This document shows positions 58,027 to 64,000 of a DNA stretch of 64,000 nt, in pieces (position 1 is the first letter of the stretch; every line of letters begins with the position of its first letter). A model generated the notes under the pieces. That model did no database searches and had not been told where the DNA came from. It saw nothing but the letters and a program-made list of their open reading frames with translations. Source of the stretch: Candidatus Atabeyarchaeum deiterrae (GTDB lineage Archaea; Asgardarchaeota; Atabeyarchaeia; Atabeyarchaeales; Atabeyarchaeaceae); NCBI GenBank assembly GCA_037310415.1, contig CP147780.1, positions 2,496,001 to 2,560,000 on the forward strand. The letters are read 5' to 3'. A program made the translations under genes and the position numbers.

Positions 58027-59463
58027 TCAGGTGATATCTAAACCGAGTTTTCCTGGGTTCATTATATTGTTCGGATCTAATGCCTTCTTCAATTTCACGA
58101 GGACTTCGTACGAGGAACCGAGTTCAGTTTTCAGGAATTTCCCTTTTAGCAGTCCTATGCTGTGGTGGTGACTCATTGTTCCTCCTGTGTCTAATGCGGC
58201 TTTCATTCCTTCTTCCCAGCATTTCTTGTAGATCTCTTCAGCTCGAATGTCATCAGACTCAGTTAAGACGAATATCATGTATATGGATCCGCCTTCAGTG
58301 TAGAAGTGTGAGAAGTGAGCCATGGCTTGAACCCGACCGCTTTTTTCGACGGCTTTCTTGACGTTCTGGTACAAATCCTCAAGCTTGTCATATGTGGCTC
58401 CGACATCAATTGTGTCGGCCAGCATGTGCATTCTTGCGTAGACGGGGTTCGGGTAGTACATGTTGTATCTCTTGCCAAACCATTTTTCCGCTTCTTCTGG
58501 TCCTAGGTCATTTCCTCCTTCTTCTTGGCAGATCTGGGTTGCTGCTTTCTCCTCAGCTCTAACAACGTCTTCGTTTCCTTCGAAGGTGAGTATTAGGAAG
58601 CAGTGTTTCCTTGGGATCTTTACCATCCCGAGGACTAGCATTGCATCCGTCTCGTCGTAGAGTCTAATGAGGCAGGGAATCACGTTCTTCCTGTAGAGTT
58701 TTCTCACTGCCTCGAGCCCACTGTGTAAGCTCGGTAAAATGAAACCTCTGAAGCGCCTCTCTTCAGGAAGCGGCATTATCCTGAACGTCAGCTCCGTTAT
58801 GATCCCCAACGTTCCTTCGGAACCTATGAAAATCTGGTTCAGGTTTGGACCAGTTGATGACTTTGGAGCTTTCCTTGTTCTGATGACTTCCCCCGTGGGT
58901 AGCACAGCTTCTAAACAGACAACCATGTCTTCTACTCTGCCGTATTTCGATGAGAATGTTCCAGCTGAGCGGCAGGCAGCAAATCCGCCTACCGATGAGC
59001 AGTACATGGAGGCTGGTTGATGAGGAAAGGTATAACCTCGCTTGTTGAGTGCATTCTCCAAGTCTTGACCAATGACTCCTGCTTGCACAGTCACCGTTGC
59101 AGACTTCTCATCTATCTCAAGTATCTTATCGAGTTTCTTTAGGTCAACAATCACGCCACCGTGAATGGGAATGGTTCCACCAGTTACTCCCGCACCGCCT
59201 CCATAAGGAATTACTGGTATCGTTTTTTCATTGGCTACTTTGACTATCTCTGCAACTTGCAACGTGTTTTCGGGCCAAACAATCACGTCGGGGAAAGGTT
59301 TGATGATACCTCTCTTGAACTCCATCAGTCTAAGAGACCAAGTATCTTTGCTATACGAGATTTTATCGAACAGAGCATCAGATACATTCTCTTCTCCAAC
59401 GATGTCTGTCAACGCTTGTTTGACATTCCCAACTTCTTCCTGTGGAATCCTACTGCTACTCAA
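58027..59463 (-). CDS. FAD-linked oxidase (VAO/PCMH), alkyl-DHAP synthase/GlcD-like
   Basis: PYGGGAGVTGG, SSVGGFAACRSAG..SSKYG, GSEGTLGIIT, HFSHFY..GGSIY, GTMSHHHSIG, DPNNIMNPGK. Confidence 0.88.
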   Translation of the reverse strand: MSSSRIPQEEVGNVKQALTDIVGEENVSDALFDKISYSKDTWSLRLMEFKRGIIKPFPDVIVWPENTLQVAEIVKVANEKTIPVIPYGGGAGVTGGTIPIHGGVIVDLKKLDKILEIDEKSATVTVQAGVIGQDLENALNKRGYTFPHQPASMYCSSVGGFAACRSAGTFSSKYGRVEDMVVCLEAVLPTGEVIRTRKAPKSSTGPNLNQIFIGSEGTLGIITELTFRIMPLPEERRFRGFILPSLHSGLEAVRKLYRKNVIPCLIRLYDETDAMLVLGMVKIPRKHCFLILTFEGNEDVVRAEEKAATQICQEEGGNDLGPEEAEKWFGKRYNMYYPNPVYARMHMLADTIDVGATYDKLEDLYQNVKKAVEKSGRVQAMAHFSHFYTEGGSIYMIFVLTESDDIRAEEIYKKCWEEGMKAALDTGGTMSHHHSIGLLKGKFLKTELGSSYEVLVKLKKALDPNNIMNPGKLGLDIT

Positions 59464-60089
59464 TTTTCATCCTTCCTCAAGATACACATAGATTTGCATC
59501 TTGCGAAAACCTTGATTACAGATACCAGTCGAAGTTACGAAGTTGTACGACATGCAAGATTACATATTATACTTCGTACTCGGCTCATTTTTCTTAGAAC
59601 TCCATGCCATTGTCTCATACAGCTTTTTCGCTGCCTTAAAAGCTTTGTAGCGATCTTTCAGTAAGAAACTTGCTTCTAACGATCTAAGTCGTCGTTCCTA
59701 TCTTTTTCTCCAAGAAGTATAGTGTGCGTTTGAACATGCAACTCCCCAACGATATCATTTTTGTCAATAAAAACAAACATCACTTTTCTTTATGTACTTC
59801 CCCTTGGTCGCGTTGCTACTGATCATAATTGAGCCGATACCATCTATGGGCAAGCGCATTATCGAGAACTTGACCAGCCTGCTAGATTCCGAATCCTAGT
59901 TATTAGTCGCTTGATTCGAGTCGGCCTCTCGGCAGAGATAATGCTCTGAGATAGAAAGACCTGCGCCATTACATGCCATTCGCAAGCCAAAGCCTTCTCT
60001 CTGCCTCGACATAAATCCGAGGATAGTGTGTGCATATCAAATCCTAAGACACGTGCAACCTTCCCCACGCCAAACCACTTTCCCGTTTA

Positions 60090-61055
60090 CTACATTTTCG
60101 CCTGCTCATCACCGCTCTTTCTCAGCTCAGACTCAAGCCTTCTAAATTCCTCCACCGGGATCAGATGCATGTAGTACTTGGACTTGGGGCTGCCACGAAT
60201 GAGAATGTGCTTAATGTGGCCGCTCCTACACCATCTTATCACAGTTGAAAGCGAGATAAGACCATGCAACCTCTGAGCAACTTCAAAAGGCGAGTAGAAT
60301 CTCAACTTCAACTCTGAAAGCGCACTGCTCAACTTCTCAACCTTCAACAGCCACCGTTGCACCTTCCACGAGTACTCGGTTATTCCCCTGCTCAACAAAG
60401 CTTCCCTCCCACGTTTCAAGATAGAGACAACTCTACCATTACTCTCAGAACCTGCATACCCCACCGAGACACCGTTAGGAGTCAAGCCGTCGACATACGC
60501 TTCAAGGAAATCAATTAGAAACGGGAACAATGTTTGAGCGAAACCCCAATGGGAAACCACCGCACCAAAGACACTATCCCTGTAATCCATCCTTACACTA
60601 GCATGCCCATCTCCGTCAATGAGACCAGCAATGAAAGGAACACCACACCTTATACCAAATAACTTGTTCTCCACCAGAAAACTCTCGACTTCTGCAATAC
60701 CCTTCCCTCTAAGAGCTTGCTTATCGGGAAGAAATCTACAGAGGTCCTTCGAGTTTACAGCCACTGTCACCATCTTCTTCTTCGAATGCTTCCACTTGAA
60801 TGGATTCAAACCAACACGCTTTAACAATTTAACCACCCTACATGCCAACTCCTCCTCCTTGCCCTCAGTGAGAAGAAAGCTAACGGTATACGATGTACTA
60901 CTCCTCCTCGCATAAGTGTAGGACTGTCCATCGGCAAGAAATAACCCGCGAAGGTAGCTCCATTCCTCAACGGAGAGCGCATGAACTTGAAGCACACGCA
61001 GCCCACTGGGGCATGAGGAACCAGATCCCCCGGAACAACTATTATTATTGCACAA
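60090..61055 (-). mobile_element. Free-standing double-LAGLIDADG homing-endonuclease-like gene with C-terminal excisionase-type HTH
   Basis: YLRGLFLADGQ and FIAGLIDGDGH motifs; FYSPFEVAQRL...STVIRWCRSGHIK HTH; base composition differs from the flanks; exact start uncertain. Confidence 0.75.
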
Positions 61056-61059
61056 TTTT

Positions 61060-61250
61060 GGAAATCAACTCGAACGCCAGAGAGAGGCGATTTCCCAGGA
61101 TACTGTGAGACGGCCGAAGCATTCGCCCGACTCCGAGCCCACAGGGCGAGGGGAAAAGAACAAAGTAGACGTAGGTGGAACGTCCTCCAAACGTACGCCA
61201 CTTGTCCTTCTAGGACGAAGGCAGGGGAGCAGAGCCACTTTCTCCAAGCG
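61060..61250 (-). ncRNA. Candidate structured RNA/leader upstream of the LAGLIDADG gene
   Basis: Four adjacent stems: 61060-61095, 61123-61149, 61168-61199, 61201-61220; G-U pairs favour the minus strand. Confidence 0.45.
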
Positions 61251-61726
61251 ACAACACAGCAATCAGTATGAGGAGGAGCTATAAGAACCCCTAAAACGCA
61301 AACCAAAACAAAATCTGCACCAAAAACGCCAAGAAGAATCAAGATAAAACGAAAATACTATGCGAGCACCGTACGACGCCGTAAAACGAACCACTGTAAA
61401 ATGTGGAAAAGCCCAGCATGAACTTCAAATACTATGCAAAAAGCAGAGCACTTTCATCAACAGAAAAAGCCCGATAGAGCACGATTTCACGGATTCGAGC
61501 AAGGAAACCACCCAGCCCAACCAAAAAGACATGATCAACTGGAGAAATAAGAAATCTTGCCGAACTCCGAGTCAGAGATATTTCCTTTTCCAACTATGCC
61601 CATTGGAGCTTGTTAAATAGTCTCAAGTTCTTCGACTGGAATTCCACTTTCGCTCAATTCTAGGCGCTCCTTTAGAATAGACTCTGATATGTTTCGCCAA
61701 CGGTCTCAGGTTTTGAGGCTGTAAGC

Positions 61727-63010
61727 TCAGACGATCTTTTTGGCCAGTAGAACAGTCAGATCTTCGACTTTGGTCATTAGAGATGAATTTGAGACTTCTT
61801 CGCTAAGTCGTATTACACATGTGGGGCAGGGGGCCACAATTCGCTGCGGGTTCTTTCCCTGTTGGAGGATTTCTTTCAATCTTGCACTTGTGATCTTTGA
61901 TGCGACATTTGGTTTGTATGTGCTAAGAAGCCCTCCTGCGCCACAGCATTGCTGGCGGATGTTTCGAGTTGTCACCTCAACTCCGGGTAGTGTTTTCGCG
62001 ACTTCAATGATGTAATCTTGAATTCGCCTGCTTAGATGTCTGGTCAAGTGACATGCGGGGTGAATAGCAACTCTTTCGATAGTCTCCTTCTTCTTTCCCT
62101 GTTTTGCCTTCGCTAGCTTCATGACTTTGTCCAAGCCAACGTCCTCAACCAAATACTCCGTGAGATGTTTCACGCGTATCCCCGAATTCGATTCTAACTT
62201 CGTAAACGAATTTTGAAGCGTATTTGCACATCCAGCGCACGTGGCTACAACTGTCTTCGCTCCGACTTGCTTGACTCTCTCAAATGTTGAGGCTGCCAGC
62301 TTGCTGGCTAGCTCGACATCCCCTATTAGGGTTGCCGGGAGACCGCAGCATGCTTCATTCTTCATTAGTGTGTAGTCTGTTCCAAGTTTCTCTAGGGTAA
62401 GTTTTCCTGACTCTCTGATTTCAAGTGATCTGTGAGTTGATATGCAACCCGCAAAGTAAACGACATCTGCTGACTCCTTATAGATGTCCCGCTTGTACGG
62501 TAGACCGAGGTCCTTCACTGCTGATTCCGCCAGATCAATTCGAAGCTGTTCATCTTCGGGAACCAAACTCGTCCCGTATCGGGATAGGTTCTTATGCATC
62601 ACTTTATGGCTCTCGGGGATAATTTCTGGCCTCAATTTGAATATCTTTGCTCTAATTGCACTCACGATTTCTGGAACCGGTACTTTCTCAGGGCATATTT
62701 CTTCGCACGCTCCGCATTCACTACAACTGTAAACCAGGTCCTTAACGTTCCAGAAATCTGGATTCACACGCGAGAGAGTTGTTGCCATACTTCTCGGACC
62801 AAGAAAGACGTCGAATGATGTTGCTTCCAAGACAGGACAAGACGGAAGACATACGCCACAGTTCAAGCATTTGCCGAGCTCCGCAATCAACTTGTCCTCT
62901 CCTGGCTCAGCCTGAAGCAAGTTCAGTGACTTCACTTTTTCCTTTATGAAGTCATATCCTGCAATACTGCTACTTGAAGTCGTTTTGCCTTCTGCGGTCA
63001 TTTCTATCAT
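61727..63010 (-). CDS. glpC: Anaerobic glycerol-3-phosphate dehydrogenase subunit C-like Fe-S/CCG protein
   Basis: CLNCGVCLPSCP, CSECGACEEICP, two CCG domains; directly downstream of glpB. Confidence 0.75.
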   Translation of the reverse strand: MIEMTAEGKTTSSSSIAGYDFIKEKVKSLNLLQAEPGEDKLIAELGKCLNCGVCLPSCPVLEATSFDVFLGPRSMATTLSRVNPDFWNVKDLVYSCSECGACEEICPEKVPVPEIVSAIRAKIFKLRPEIIPESHKVMHKNLSRYGTSLVPEDEQLRIDLAESAVKDLGLPYKRDIYKESADVVYFAGCISTHRSLEIRESGKLTLEKLGTDYTLMKNEACCGLPATLIGDVELASKLAASTFERVKQVGAKTVVATCAGCANTLQNSFTKLESNSGIRVKHLTEYLVEDVGLDKVMKLAKAKQGKKKETIERVAIHPACHLTRHLSRRIQDYIIEVAKTLPGVEVTTRNIRQQCCGAGGLLSTYKPNVASKITSARLKEILQQGKNPQRIVAPCPTCVIRLSEEVSNSSLMTKVEDLTVLLAKKIV

Positions 63011-63035
63011 TGCACCCCAATGTTGTTCTTCCTTG

Positions 63036-64000
63036 TCAATTCCTTGATGCCTCATCGCCTGCCACGTAGCCTGTGCTTATTGCTACGCCGTACCGACATC
63101 CACCACTTGTATGACTGAAGCCAGAGAGGATGTTTCCGCAGGCGAACAGATTGCCGTATATGACCTCTCCTTGAGTCGTAGTCGGTTGCATGTTTTCGTT
63201 CACTTTGACCCCGATCGAGAACACTGAATGCCCCCCCATTGGAACAGCTTCGCTGGAGAGCATCGTTCTAATGAACACGCCATCTGCTTCCCTGCCGTTT
63301 TCGTCGAAGAGCGGTAAGTTCAGAAGCGGTTCTTTGGCTGTTTCGTCCTTCTCGACGATTCCTCCACCAATGAAGCTGCCAGTTGCTAGGACAAACTTCT
63401 CAGCTTCGACCTGGAATTTTCTTTCACCTGACACTACAGTCATATTTCTCAAGGTTTTTCCTTCAGCTTCGAACGCGCTAGTCTCGTATGGCAGCATAAT
63501 GGGGACTCCTGAGTCACTGGCAGAGTCATCTAACGCCAGCTGCAACCTGTAGCCGAGAACTGAAGGTGGAGTCAGATTCACGCATTCAAATGGTATCAGA
63601 CCAGATTCTTCACCAATGATTTTCATGTTTTCCTCGACGTTTCTTATTCCCATGCATGGCGGCAAACATGCGTGCGTTGCTCCCAGCCCATTCGCAGCAC
63701 CTGCAATCATGCGCCCGACTTTTTTCGCAACTCCTTCCTCGCGTTCGATCTCTCTAGCCACTTCGATGCTGAGCAACGTGTTTCTGCCTTCAAAGTTGGG
63801 CAAGTCGATTACTGTACTGCTGCACCCGTTCACTTCGAGGGGGAGACGTAGAATGCTCTTTATCGACGTGAAATTCTGATAACATCGATTGGGGTCGTAG
63901 TCAGAGTGTCTCTTGAATCCTACAAACACAATTCTCCCCTTCTCCATTCGTGTCAGATCTCCTCTTCCAACGCTTGGAGGAGCGAGACAAGTTGTTCTGA
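63036..64000 (-). CDS. glpB: Anaerobic glycerol-3-phosphate dehydrogenase subunit B (5' end outside window)
   Basis: PPSVLGYRLQ, VLATGSFIGGG, EPLLNLP, GVKVN, NLFACG, GVAISTG; frame open to the window edge. Confidence 0.88.
   Translation of the reverse strand, partial: RTTCLAPPSVGRGDLTRMEKGRIVFVGFKRHSDYDPNRCYQNFTSIKSILRLPLEVNGCSSTVIDLPNFEGRNTLLSIEVAREIEREEGVAKKVGRMIAGAANGLGATHACLPPCMGIRNVEENMKIIGEESGLIPFECVNLTPPSVLGYRLQLALDDSASDSGVPIMLPYETSAFEAEGKTLRNMTVVSGERKFQVEAEKFVLATGSFIGGGIVEKDETAKEPLLNLPLFDENGREADGVFIRTMLSSEAVPMGGHSVFSIGVKVNENMQPTTTQGEVIYGNLFACGNILSGFSHTSGGCRYGVAISTGYVAGDEASRN

Noticed and set aside
60090-61055. Intein- or intron-encoded endonuclease
   Set aside because: No flanking host exteins or exons, no C-terminal His-Asn, and no recognisable bulge-helix-bulge or group I core
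61100-61125. Hammerhead ribozyme core (CTGTGAG...CGAAG)
   Set aside because: Does not match CUGAUGA/GAAA, and the required stems are missing
60821-61620. ORFs 60821-61342 (-) and 61360-61620 (+)
   Set aside because: Explained by the skewed, stop-poor composition; no protein motifs, and the first overlaps the nuclease gene
1-64000. CRISPR arrays, rRNA and tRNA genes
   Set aside because: No regularly spaced repeats, cloverleaf or rRNA-like tracts seen in the intergenic regions by eye; tRNAscan/Infernal would be needed to exclude them formally

Overview
Gene-dense archaeal chromosomal segment, most likely from an Asgard archaeon. This is inferred from a Bet3/TRAPP-like gene, a roadblock/longin-like gene, a Rab-like GTPase domain, membrane-anchored RING proteins and archaeal housekeeping genes (GlyRS, RadB, Hel308-like helicase, archaemetzincin, AOR). 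Layout: 0-9 kb surface-glycan cluster (methyltransferase, epimerase, CX5R phosphatase, ATP-grasp, LpxD-like, deacetylase, wecB, wecC); then cobO, Nudix, glyS, RNase HI; a Bet3/roadblock module; a PadR-ABC exporter with visible operators; a GG-ending ubiquitin-like gene + Cys-domain/pseudo-Rab fusion + archaemetzincin operon; AOR; a SWIM-containing helicase; large secreted proteins; radB; ParA/MinD with a divergent HTH gene; a SAMP/ThiI module; lplA; and a glycerol-3-phosphate (glpB/glpC, AGPS-like oxidase) region interrupted by a compositionally skewed LAGLIDADG-HTH gene with a structured upstream leader. I saw no rRNA, tRNA or CRISPR array. Best candidates for undescribed systems: (1) the Ubl / Cys-domain pseudo-Rab / metalloprotease operon at 23.5-25.3 kb, (2) the LAGLIDADG-HTH gene with structured RNA at 60-61.6 kb, (3) single-pass receptor-like RING proteins with swapped ectodomains at 43-44 and 53-57 kb. 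All family calls come from motif recognition by eye; no searches were run.
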